From the NCBI RefSeq assembly GCF_964355755.1, contig NC_092675.1, positions 28,802,912-28,866,911 on the forward strand: a DNA stretch of 64,000 nt, read 5' to 3'. A program made the translations under genes and the position numbers. This DNA is from Antedon mediterranea (lineage: Eukaryota > Animalia > Echinodermata). Positions 39,164-51,959 of this stretch are shown in pieces. Under the pieces are notes generated by a model. That model saw only the letters and a program-made list of their open reading frames with translations, did no database searches and was not told the origin of the DNA. Every line of letters begins with the position of its first letter. Position 1 is the stretch's first letter.

Positions 39164-40259
39164 TGCTGCCTTAGAACAAGTTGACTATTTAAAGATCAAT
39201 CTGTTCTTGTGTGAACACGGCTCTATACAACTTCTATATTGAATCCTGTAAGAAGAAAAGAATGTGTATAACACCATTAACATACACATTTATAACATTG
39301 CCAAGAACTGGACTCAAATATTCTAAAATAGTTTTAAATCACAACAACAAATCTACAAAAATTCAACGATATTTACAACACAGTCTCGTAAAACATGCAT
39401 AGATAATCCAACAGAATTAACAAAAGTATTTTTATTTCGGTCGAGTATTTTACACGCATTTATGCATATTTTCAGAGTAATTTATGAGTTCCACATATTT
39501 CAACGTCCTCCGGCTATCCAAGATAAAGGCTGAGATGTTACCTTTGACCTCAGCTCCCATTTCGCGTAAACTGGTAGGAGGCTAAGTGAAACAACATGGA
39601 AATGCGAAACTAAGTAAGAATATGATGATTATAGATTTTTAGAGTCAACATTAAAAGTCAACACTGTCAGCGGCGTTAGACTAGAGCCAAGCTGATTATC
39701 AACATCCTTAACAGTAAAATGATATCTATTTTTCTACCATACAGTATAATCATTTTTCTTTCAAAATTTATATGTATTTTTACTGTATTATGATTGAATC
39801 ATTTATTAAAATGCAATCTATTGAACAACAATAATTATCCATGTTTTAATTACTTTTGTAATTTTATAAACAGTTAAATACTGTAGTAGCATATTTGTTT
39901 TGTTTACTTGTTTGTACATATTAAAATTCCTAATATTTTTTATTATCAAGCTTTTTTTAAAATCAATCGGAGATTTTTTTGGAAATAAAAAAATTATTAA
40001 AAGTAGAAATAAACCGTAACAAAAACGCAGTTTCATACTTAAATTCTTTGCTTCCATTATTTCATTTTTTATTAGAATAATAAAATGTATTATAATATGT
40101 TATTTTTTAACAATATCACAGTAACAATACATATAAATATTCATATGTCTTAATATTCCTTTTCAAGACAATTTACTACAAAAACATTAAATGTTATCTA
40201 GTAGAAAGCTGTCTCCATAGATGAAGATATAACAATGATTAATGGCTTAACATAAAGGA

Positions 40260-40640
40260 AAAAAAGACAATGGACATCATGCACGTTCACACTGTAATTA
40301 AAGCTGTACATTGAGTATTTTAAAAGGCAATGGACATAATCTTGTTCACATTGTAATTTAAACTCACACATTTTAGTAAAGAAAATTGGACGTCATCTAC
40401 AGTATGTTCACACAATAATTTAAACTCACACATTTTAGTAAAAAGACAATGGACATCACCTTGTTCACACTGTCATTTAAACTTTTACATTTTTTATTAA
40501 AAACACACATTCACACTGTAATTAAAATACAATACATTTGGAGATATAAAAGTAAAGTAAAAAGGAAAATTAAATCTATGTTCACACTGTAATTTTAAAC
40601 TTGCAAAACGAATTTAAAATGAAATGTATGTTCACACTGT
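40260..40640. repeat. Degenerate tandem repeat, roughly 50-60-bp unit
   Basis: Recurrent GTTCACACTGTAATT and CAATGGACATC motifs. Confidence 0.7.
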
Positions 40641-41843
40641 ATAACTGGTACATTTGTTGGACGATGGGGTGGAGTGGTTTGTCTAACCATATCAAAATAC
40701 TTTGTTTGCTTTTGTATCGGGGTCTACAAAAAAGATGGAATGTAAATTGTAATGAATAAACATTTTAAAGTAGATTTAGCAGGCAATAATGCTGTACAAA
40801 TATTGCATTAAAGTAAATTTAATTTGGTTTATAATTTTTTGTTGTAGCCCTACTGGTACAGATACAACTAGGTAGTTTATAAATTTGCATCATGTATAGC
40901 CAATTGCTGTTTTGCTAGGGTGAATTAGGGTCAGTCCTGCTGGCACAATATTAGTGCAGTACTGCATTGTATTATCATACATGTGGTTTTTTGTTGTTGG
41001 AATAAATAGTTCTGTTGACAGGAGATTCTTTTAGTTTCATGTTATTATGCCATGGTTACTTTAGGATTTTTTGTCTAAAGCGCGTTTAAACATTAAAACC
41101 ATTCCCTTAACTGAGAACCATGGTAACTACAGTAGTTTTAAAAAAATAACACTTTTAAAAAGGGCACAGTCTTCAAACAACCCATAGAGTACATAGGATT
41201 AGTAAAGTTTATAGAGCTAAAATCAAGTCTCCAACAAGTCTGTCAAGGGTAATATATTTACACAGCGTTCTATTACATTGTACATATTTCAGCAACGAAA
41301 GATCGTCTTGTCCGGCGATATTATCGACAGTGGCATGATTCATTGGCGAGTGCCTATAGGTTGATTAAGTGGGTACCTATGGCAAGACAAAGTGCCATTA
41401 TCAGTTGAAGAGCTGTATAGCGATGCGTGTATGTTTTGGCAGGCTTATATCACCCTTTTGATTACATACCCTGATAGCACAATACAGTCATTTTATCATT
41501 TCAAAGTACAGTCAATTGTTTGCACAATAAAATAAGGTATATCAAATCATATTCCAACTCAATACATCAACATACTGTATTACAATGGTGTTTTATATCT
41601 TCAATAATTTAATTCAGGCCTACAATATTATACTTTTATAACATTAAAAGACTCACAATCATAAAAATCTTATCACTTTGTTTAATGATGAGTAGTAAAT
41701 ATTGTGCTAAGAGAGAGTACTATACTAAACTAGCGGTATAAAATATTTCACTGCAGATTTGAAGGGTTTAAACCAAGTCAAGTATTCTTTAGTTTATGAT
41801 ATTTAATCATATCATTTCAATCTAAGTTCCATCGCTGTACTAA

Positions 41844-42297
41844 AGTTCTGTGTACACTATCAAACTAGTTTGACAAAATACACAAACCAAAAGTGGTGTT
41901 ACTGTTAGTAGTCTATAAGTGTTAGTAGTCTATAAGTGCTAGCTTACCTGGATAAACCGACATTGGCCTATTCTCTCCGAGAAGAGAGCTACAATTCGAA
42001 TATATATAAAAAATTTGAAAAAACCCCTGTCATATAATGATACATTCCATGAACCCTGCCCTCAAGTGGAAACATCCCAACATACCACCGTCATCATTTC
42101 TTTTCGAGACATGGTAGAAGTAACATGTCTGAATGAAGAGCTACACTACTTTGTTAAGCACTAGTTTGACAAAAAAGTGTGATACGGTGCCAAAATATGA
42201 TAGTGTGCCCAAATATGGCAGTGATATGATGTCATTATGTCCATACTGCCACATCCCATTTTTTGGTCACATAAAGTTGGATAGTGTGACAGAACTT
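41844..42297. mobile_element. MITE family A copy apparently interrupted by a family B repeat
   Basis: Left end 41844-41880 and right part 42160-42297 share the variant terminus AGTTCTG/CAGAACT. Confidence 0.6.
41938..42100 (-). repeat. Dispersed repeat family B, long copy in reverse orientation
   Basis: Reverse complement aligns along about 160 bp with 11205-11365. Confidence 0.8.
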
Positions 42298-43312
42298 TTA
42301 CACTTAACCATACAGAGAATTTATGGGGATGTGACTTTATGTTTTTTAGCATAATACAAGTTTACTTTACCTACTTAATGCTAGGTATAGCTACTACATT
42401 TTAACGCCCACTTGCACATTATTTTTTGTCTTCTACTAGTAGTAGAATAACATTTTTTTTTAACCAGTGTAAATATTATTATTAAACAGAAGTCTTTGTC
42501 TTAACACAAAAAATGTAAAGACAGCAATTTTACGCTCAGTGTAAAGGTCCGAGCCCTTCCTAACGCAGAATAACAAGTATTGTATCATTACTTGATAGAC
42601 ATGGCCTTTAAGGTGTAATTATCTTGATGGACATGAACCTAAAGTGAACTAAATACATTGTTAATTAATACAGACATTGCTTATTGATGTATTTGACATT
42701 GATTGGCACCAACAATGTATTCATACATTGCATCAGTAAATTTCTAAAATTTGTAATTCTACCTTTTTATATTCAATATTTTTCTTTACCTTTATGTCGT
42801 GTGTAAACACAATGTTAACAAAATTTGAACTTTGACAGGATGAGTTAGTTTATCTTCGCAAATGTTACCTTACGTTGAAATATGCACGTTGAAATATGTC
42901 CGCGCAGAGAATTGGTTGTAAAATTATGTATAGAATTTGTCATTATTATTATAAAATCAGGAATATGGATCATATTATATGTATTTAATATTACTCCACT
43001 TTTGTAATTATTATTTGATTATAAAAAATAGTTTATAGCTAAATATCCTAATCAAACTAATTGATTTCGCAAATTAAATTATTACAAGATGATATGAATA
43101 TTGTTTTAATCATTTTCTTTCACTATTTCCAAAGTATCCGCCCACTCTGTCACAACCCAGACTTCCGCTCACTTATTCTGTTTATGTTCTTGGCTAAACA
43201 GTGTAGGGGTTGTTGAGAGATATATTGTATATGATGACAGATTAATCTATTTAAGAAAATATATAAACATATTTCCAACTCCTACATTTATACATTAATT
43301 ACATCTTTCTAA

Positions 43313-43426
43313 AGCTCTGTCTACACTATCAAAGTTTATGTGACATAAAATGTTATATGCTCATACATGATGATGTCATATAACTACCGTATTTGGGCAT
43401 ATTACTATCATATTTTGGCACAGAGC
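43313..43426. mobile_element. MITE family A
   Basis: taa-AGCTCTG...CAGAGCT-taa with an internal deletion. Confidence 0.8.
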
Positions 43427-43519
43427 TTAATACAAATATGGGATTAATGATATATTTTGAAGAAAGGATATTTCATTGTTGGTGACATCATCTATGATTC
43501 GAAATCAATTTGAGGAGAT

Positions 43520-43700
43520 AAAAATGGCTGTGACCCTAAGAAACCAGAGCAGACAACAGTACAGTAGGTTTGCAATGACATGGCAACCAGAAGGAAAAAG
43601 AAAGAGAGGCAGGCGACGTGGGAACGAAGCATTGGCAATAAATGGAGAGATGTTTTGATCTTTTATGTATCTCTCACTGGGCATGAAGAGGATAGGAAAG
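43520..43700 (+). mobile_element. RTE-clade LINE 3' fragment
   Basis: Encodes AMTWQPEGKRKRGR and ends ACTGGGCATGAAGAGGAT (TGHEED), like RTE ORF C-termini. Confidence 0.65.
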
Positions 43701-44602
43701 ATGGCAAAACCAGAAAACATGGATTTTAAATTACAACAGCGAATTTAAACACATGAATTACTAATTTAAACGAAAGGTTTCTGTTTTTACTACTATGTTT
43801 TCCCATCTTCCTAAACTATAGTAATTCCCTGTACAATATTTAAATTGTGTTGTACAGTAGCATCCATCCCTAAATAGCATCCTCTGATGAATGTTTTAGT
43901 TGACACCCTTAGATGTTTCATTTTCATAATTACCACAGAAATTAAAATCATTCATAACAGGATGGGAGAAGGTAATCACGATCTTATTATCACAAGAGTA
44001 GGAAATGAAGCATTCTCACAGGACGTGTTAATACTGACAGTTTAAGCCCTAACAGGTTACTTCCACTAATGGGGACCAGAGCATGAGAACGAACACTACC
44101 TGTAAAATGTGCTGAGGAATTCTAAAGGGGGGAAAGGAACAATTTTAAGAGCCAGATATCTCACATAAAAGCTATCATTCTAAGTAATCTATTCAAATCA
44201 GTTACATGATTCGGTAAAAATGTTTCTATTTTGGACCAATTCAATTATGTTTGCATCATTGAATAATATTAATGACAAGTGGATTTTTGGTTGAGTTTCT
44301 GTATCGCAAATGAAGGGCAACACGTCAAACAACATGGGACTCAAAAATGCTCAATCAAAGTTTATCCCTATTGGCACTTTCAAGACCGAGAGAGGTCAAT
44401 GAAAGGTCAATTACTATAGTTGTAATCCTAACAAAATGTCAAGACAATTGTGATAATCCTGTTGGATAAATGTTCAATAACACGGCTACTGTGAATGTTA
44501 GTTGTTACAACTTACAGTATGCTTAATGTATATTTATGCAATACTGTTTTACTTAATATTTTCTACAAGGTGATCTAATATGACAAAAAACAAAAGACTA
44601 AT

Positions 44603-45396
44603 AGACACGTTTCGCGCTGGCGACCAATCAGAAATAGTGGGTATAGATTTGTAAACAAACCGAACACCTCTCGCCTAGTGCGTGTTGAAGCATAGCGAAA
44701 TGGCGACTGCCGAGTGCTTTTGTTGCAAGGTGCATCATAAATGTTGTATATGTTGGATAAATCGTGAATTTAACTACACAAAATCACTGAATAATATTCC
44801 TGTTTTTAATTTTCAAACATTGCTGAGTGGTTTGCGTCGGCTCCGAAGGATAGTGGCGCAAAATCTTGGAAATTTTTCAAGGAAAGGTATGTCCACGATG
44901 TGCTCGTGTCTCTCCGCCCGCCCGGTGGCGTTGCCTGATGCGGTACTTCGTCTACTAGGCCTAGGAGGCTTGGGTGTCTGTTTAAGTGCCGAAGAACATC
45001 ACATAATACATGGAAGATGCAATAGGAGCATGAAGAAGAATGAAAGATAATAATTAATATATTTACGCAACATTTGTAAATAAAATCAACAGTTAACATG
45101 TATTAAATGCACCGTAATATATGTGTCAAACCAAAAATGACAATACATAAATAAAGTCGATGATTCCGAACAAAATGCCCAAATAATTCTACAGTGAATA
45201 TAAAACATAAGTTTAGAAAATAAATAACATCCTTACCATGCCATTCCATCAAAAGGCTAGTTTTGACGATTGCTTTTTAAGATGATCATCTCTCAGTTCT
45301 CCCATGCTTTAACATACCTCTCGCTGTGTTTGTTTACCATTGTATACCCACTAAAAGGTCAAACTGACGGTGACCTCGCCAGCGCGAAACGTGTCT
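44603..45396. mobile_element. Non-autonomous ISL2EU-like DNA transposon with degenerate coding remnant
   Basis: AT-AGACACGTTTCGCGCTGGCGA ... TCGCCAGCGCGAAACGTGTCT-AT (perfect TIR, AT flanks). Frameshifted remnant ..KSWKFFKERYVHDV..GRCNRSMKKNE on the + strand. Confidence 0.8.
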
Positions 45397-45499
45397 ATTG
45401 TACATATAACTTTCTTTCTTTTTTTCTGTTTTATGCATCCAACAGCAAGTAACTCGCCAATTACATGATGGATAGACTATTTTATAATTTATCGTGCTC

Positions 45500-45676
45500 A
45501 CGTCTATAAGTCTCATTGAGGCTTAGGGAGTGGAGTTAAAAGAGTTGTGAGTTACAACCTTGGCACTAGGTCAGGAGTGAACCCCGGCACTAGGTCAGGA
45601 TTGAACCCTGGACCTAGGTCAGGATTGAACCCTGGACCTAAGGATAGGAAGGCAAGCTACAGCTCCACTACCACCA
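45500..45676 (-). mobile_element. tRNA-like SINE head with tandemly repeated 24-bp B-box segment
   Basis: 24-bp period at 45556/45580/45604/45628. Minus strand reads GGTTCAATCC twice and GGTTCACTCC once, downstream of an A-box-like GGTGGTAGTGG. Confidence 0.55.
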
Positions 45677-45819
45677 AGCTACTGCTACTGTGTGTATATT
45701 CAATGTCTATTCAATCTATAGTCAGGCAATTTAAACCGAATGTTTTTGGTGTGAACTTTTTATCAAACCTATTCCATAATTCTAAATCTAAAACTAACTA
45801 AGATCTAGTCATCAGGTGC

Positions 45820-45992
45820 TACTGGACATTCCGAGAAGCAAACATAGTTGGGGAGATCGGACTTTCAGTGTTGCTGGACCTAGGCTCTGGAACCACCTAC
45901 CATTGAACATTAAACACACATCATTATTAAGCGCCATGAGCAATGAATGTTGGAATGGCGCTATATAAATCGAACGATTGATTGATTGATTG
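45820..45992 (+). mobile_element. L2-clade LINE 3' end
   Basis: Encodes LDIPRSKHSWGDRTFSVAGPRLWNHLP (L2 ORF2 C-terminal motif), then GGCGCTATATAAAT and a (GATT)n tail. Confidence 0.85.
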
Positions 45993-48379
45993 AAACATAG
46001 TTTGTTTTTACACAAACTTTATATAATGTGAAAATAACATGGCCAAAGGTGCACAAGGATTATGTTCAAGTCCAGCAGAATGTTATGTCAAGAACTATTT
46101 AGCTTTACTGGCTTACTCATAATACTAAGCATAAGCTACAGGATTTGACTTTAAAACACCCGATATTTTGAAAAGGATAAGCAGAGTAGATCTCTATTCA
46201 TTAAGGGTTTTATGTCTTCATACAATAATACACGAACGGTGAATTATAAAAAAAACACATCAAGTTCACTGTTGTAAACTCTATTTAACCTTATTGTTCA
46301 AACTTAAATTAAAAACTATAACATTATCAAGTATATAGTAGCTATTAAAACAGTACAAAACAATTTCAACTGCACATGTAAATATTACAATTTAAGTACA
46401 GTACAATGAAGTCAATGTTCAAGCCGATAAAGTACTGGAGTAGCAATGTGTTTGATACACTTTTTGTAATGGAAACCAATAAAACTGTTTAAAGTTTGAA
46501 AGTAAACAACCAAATTATCATGGGCAATGCCACTGTCCTAGAGGGGAGTTCAGGAAGAAATGTTTACTTTTCGGTTATGTTCTTCTCTTGAAGGGGAAAA
46601 GGCCTATGTCGGTTTATCCAGGTAAGCTAATAATGTAATATACAGTACTAGTCTATTCATTTATTTCATCTATACTCTTAGGTAAAACAAAAGAAAAGTA
46701 GAGAATGCTCTACTGTCCTAACACTATACTAAATGGCAGTTTATCCAAAGGTGTTTCGGTTTCACTACCAAACAAAATGCTTTGTAGTGTATTGTTCAAG
46801 TAATTTAAAATGACTGAAGGAGCAAAAAGAAAATAGAAATGTATAGAATTACTGTACTTGAGTTTAAAGAAGCTAGGCCTAGCCAGCTGGGTCTCTCCCT
46901 ACTTAAACTAAGCCCCTTTTTCCCTAAGGAACTACACCATTCTCATGGGTATAAAGCCCTAGTCCACAAGATATTTATCTCTTTGTATACTGTATTTTCA
47001 CGGGTTACTTTGATGTGGTATTATATCTCTGATTTGGCCTGAAGGAGTAACTTGAAGGTACACTATATAAAGATAAAGTTATGGAGTGAACACTACATTA
47101 AACAAATTCTGAAATATTATCAAAACAGAAAATAATTTCAAAGAAGTATAGTATAATACATAAAAGTATAAAGAAAGTCTTAATTGATTAAACAGAAGGG
47201 AAGAAGACTTTTTTGGGAATACAGATTACAAAAGTTGGTTCCACTGCCAGTTACATTATCAATACTGTATAGGTTTCTCAAATGATTTCTCAAAAAACAT
47301 ATCTTTAAGTTTAACAATCATCAATTTTATGAATTTAAATGACTAATATAATAATATTTAAGTTATTCTGTAATTTCATGCTTCAGATGAGAAGAGGAAT
47401 AAAGTACAATTTTTAAAAGCTCCATTACTGCATGCACTGAACTTGTTATTTTTTCGTAGTTTGTCGTTTATTGAATGAAATTTATAATCAAGTCTTAAAT
47501 TGAAGAGAATATACAATTTAACTAATGTACAGTATTAAATTATTACTTTTAGTATCGTCATAAAATAAAATGGCTCATACAAGCTGCAAGATTAAATCTG
47601 CACATCATTAATAGTATGAATGGTTCTAACAATAACATGATACTGTAATATAAATCACAAAAAGTCCATTTATGTTGAAATATGATAGCTAGGTGATTAA
47701 TCCATGTCTTATGACTTTCAATGATTAATGATAAAATCAAAAGTATAATAATAATAATAAATAATATGACCTTGATGAGTGTAAACAGGAGAAACTGAAC
47801 AGCAAATCTGAATATATTTCTGATGCATTGGTGACAAATTAACCTTTATTCAGTGACTGTAGAGTTATCAAAATGGTGAACAGTGCATGAAGAACTGTAG
47901 GCTAGGCTTGTGTGATTATCAAAGGGGCTTTAAAGACCAAGGGGCACCTGACCATTAAGGCTTAAACTCAATGAAAGGATTTGTCTGTCAGAAGGGAGCT
48001 AGCCTAAGTGCAAAGACAATGATATTGAGGAGTTGGTGCCAATGGGTTACCAGTCAATACAGTATGGATTCATCAGGATTAAGCCACCTGAATATATACC
48101 AAACAAATGAACGCTAAATACCATAGAAAGGATGACCAATTAAACTTGCAAATTCCAATATTCTAGTAGTATAGTCTACCTATTATTTACATAACAAAAT
48201 AAAAAGCTATCTGTTTGATTAATTTTAGGTGCATCACAAGCGCAATGATATCAACATGTAACCTTAAGTGCCGTTTAGTCTCCTACTGTTCTAATCTCAT
48301 CACAAATCCTCATCCAGGTTTTTTTTTCTCACAGACACGTTCATTTAATTCAACGCTTACATGGAACTATAATCATGTT

Positions 48380-48740
48380 CAATACAATCACATACTGTAC
48401 ACAATGCTACACAATGTCTTATATTCTTATAAGCTGGGTGAAATTAAAATAAAACAACTTGGAAATGTATAACCACACCCTGTACATTACAACCAATATG
48501 TTCACTTACTGTAATTTAACGGTACACAATGTCTTAATATTCTTTTAAAACTTTAATTACATAAATTTAATTAGGCTAGGTGAAATGACCTTGGAAATGT
48601 GTGACCAAACCCTGTTCCATACAACCACAGACATTTTCGCTTAATTCAACGCTACACAATGTTTTAAAATCTTTTTAAACTTAAAATGGTGAAATGAAAT
48701 AAAACTAGAACACCTTGTGACCACACCGTGTCCTATACAA
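48380..48740. repeat. Degenerate tandem repeat, 3 units of about 120-130 bp
   Basis: Recurrent ctacacaatgtctt..ggtgaaat..accacaccctgt. Confidence 0.65.
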
Positions 48741-50187
48741 TCAACAATAAAGACATTAGACAACAATTCATGATATTAAATTACTAAACAAACAACATTA
48801 ACACATCGATTATAAATTATAACAAAGTGAACATCAGACCCAGTATCACAACAACACCTGTTCCAATGTTAAACATACAAATATAAAAAACTCGTTAAAA
48901 TGTACAATTGTTTGTGAACCCACTCCACATCAAGGCTAGGTCTCTGAACAGTGCTTCAAAACACCCAACCAGACCACTATTCCACCTCTTTGTTTAAACC
49001 CCAATACACAATAGAACATCCTTGATTGGTTATTTATCAATTAATATGAACTACAAAAATCCCACAACCAATAGTATAGTAATTACGTATATGTTTGACC
49101 TTCCTACCTGAATACTGCTAATGTCACATCTAATCAAAACTTCTGAATTTGCAATGAAGACAGAATTAAAAACCAATGTAATAGGATGGGCAAGTAATCA
49201 AGTAAGTTGTTAGATTTAATCTACAGTATGCCCTTGCATAGATCCTCAACAACTTCCTATCAATCCCAACAAGTTTTGATGATTATTTATAATGAATTAA
49301 GCCACAAATAGAAATAGCTTCTTTTACTGGCTTCTGCTTGGTGAGGTACAGTACCTGTACCGTGCAGGACTACCTGGGATAAAGTTTACTTTGAAGCCTT
49401 TCATTTTCACATTATCCACCCTAACATTGCACAAACCAGAAAATTATCATGGATGATACCACTATCTTGGAGGGATGTTTAAAGTTGTTGGGTTAAGCTT
49501 TCCCCTCAGAAGGGAAAAGGGCATATGGCGGTTTATCCAAGTAATTTAGGTACTTGGTTAGTAGACTGCTTAAAGCAAATTGCTATAGTATGGTAGTAGT
49601 ATTGTTTTTGTGTCACTCTCCTATTTATTTATTATCCACCCTTACAATATAGCATCCAATCTTAATGTACCAAGACCTCCAGTAATTAAATCAACCCGAT
49701 TTTCACCAGCTACAATGGATATTGTAAATAAAGATGAATGTAAATTGAAACCAGTGAACAAACACATTAAAAACCCAATTGAGTCAATATTGGAAGCGAG
49801 TTAGCAAATTAAGAGAGCATTGAGAGACATGTTTGTTTGCCAACATTTTCAACAGTGTGTATATTGCGTCGTCGTTTCTAGGGAATTGAAACTCCTCTAA
49901 TAACTCTTCTGATTTCATTCTATTTTAAACAAACAACTAATTTATTAGCTTTCGATTGTTAATAATATTATTCTATTCCAGAAATACAGTAAAAGTGCAT
50001 TACATGAATTCCAAGTACTGTTGCATCATAAATGAATGAGTTGAAAGAACCATTATAACCATATGGTTTGATATTTGTCATCTAAATTTAATGTTCTATA
50101 ATTATTCATATTTCAATTTTCAACCATCAGCAGATCTACTGTACTCCATAAGCATATCCAGTAAAAATGTTTTTGTCAGTTTTTAAA

Positions 50188-50366
50188 GCCTTGTCTACTT
50201 TATGTGACATGGTGTGTCCATATATGGTAGTAATATGGTAGTGATATGGTCAAATAGGGTAGTGATGTGTCAAATATGGTAGTGATATGACATGATCTTC
50301 ATGTCCATATCTAGGCACATCACATTTTTTGACACATACAGTAAAGTTTGATAGTGTAGACAAGGC
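50188..50366. mobile_element. MITE family A (variant TIR AGCCTTGTCTAC)
   Basis: Both ends present; carries a CAGTA insertion at 50339-50343. Confidence 0.8.
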
Positions 50367-51465
50367 TTTACATTCTCAAAAGTAAAGTTGGCCACAAAAA
50401 CAAATAACTGTAATAAAGTGAAGAAATTATATAAATAAACCATTATTATTAAAAACATAATAAATCTATAATAATCAATAATAAATAGAATGTGAATAAT
50501 CAGTCATTAATTATCAGTAATTAATTATAGTAACGTCTACTGCCTAGAATATTTCAATTCCAATCTCAAACTTTTTAGTATTATGCGTTTCAATGTACAT
50601 GTGAAATTTCTAACTATTTTTATGATTTTTAATTGTCTTGTTTTAAGGGGCCATTAATAAAGCCATCTGGTTGGTGTATAATCTATAGCATATTATAGAG
50701 TATACTACATATGTTTGCTACTAATCCATGGTATCTTAATTAATATTATGGATAGAACTAAGCAAATTCAATATTTATAATCAAAACTGTTTATACAATA
50801 GAAAGAAAATGATCTGTATGAAAATTAAATCAACATTAGAATCAGCAATTGACTGTGTAACAAATATATTTCTGAATATAGAAATAGTTACCAACACAAA
50901 ATCATGCTGTGTTTTAACAATAAATATATTTCAAGAATTATTGTTTTGAACAACGGAAGGCATACAGCTGCTGTACAGAAGTAGGCCTACAGTACAGTAG
51001 CATAATGGCAACAATATCATCAGTATTTAACATCCATTAAGACAAGTTTGAGAAAAACAAAAGAAACATTTCAATTTAAAACAATTAATTTGCCGCCAGG
51101 AAAGATTATATTGTAAGTTCCTCCTACCGTTTAAATTTGTATATCTGCAGTTTCTATAGTTTTGTACTTTAACAAAAAAGTTAAAATAAACTAATAAAAT
51201 TCTATTCAATCCTGTTGTTAATGATACTAAAGTTTATACACTAACTGATGACACATAAATGATTTGCCATAAAATGCACGTACATCAGATAATAATAACT
51301 ACTAACCTAATGTAAACAATAATATAATGATAAATAAAGTTAAATGATGAGAACAAAATGTACAGTAGAGGTGAAATGAAGGTCAAATTAAAGCATCAAT
51401 CACAAATATTAATAACAATCAACTCCAACACTAAGCCACGCCCACACAAACAATACCTGTCAATC

Positions 51466-51578
51466 AATTATCTGACAGGAGCATTTTTTTTATAAATTTT
51501 TATTATTCGAGTTGTACTGTAGCTCTTTCTCGGAGAGAATAGGCCAATGTCGGTTTATCCAGGTAAGCTAGGCTAGGC
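51466..51578 (+). repeat. Dispersed repeat family B copy
   Basis: gctctttctcggagagaataggccaatgtcggtttatccaggtaagctaggc. Confidence 0.8.
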
Positions 51579-51959
51579 AAAATAGATGTACAGCACACAT
51601 TAAAATTAATTAAATTATGATGCAATTAATCATTATGATTCTGTTGAAAAATGTAATAATAATTCCTGTAATCAGTTTATTATTAAATAATTCTTTAGAT
51701 CAAGATATATTATACCTATGTAAAAATTAATTATCAGTATTATACTTAAATATTAAATAATGTTAATGTTTACAATACACTCATACTGTAGTATCTGTCT
51801 GTTGTCATGTGACGTAAACATCAGGCTTAACGACACAACAAATATTCTAAATTAACAAAATGACCAGGTTAGTCTGCCTGACTTTGCCCTTTAAAATCTC
51901 TGAGTGAATCTCTCTACATCTCTAATTGAAAAAAATCAGATTGAATAATTATGAATTTA

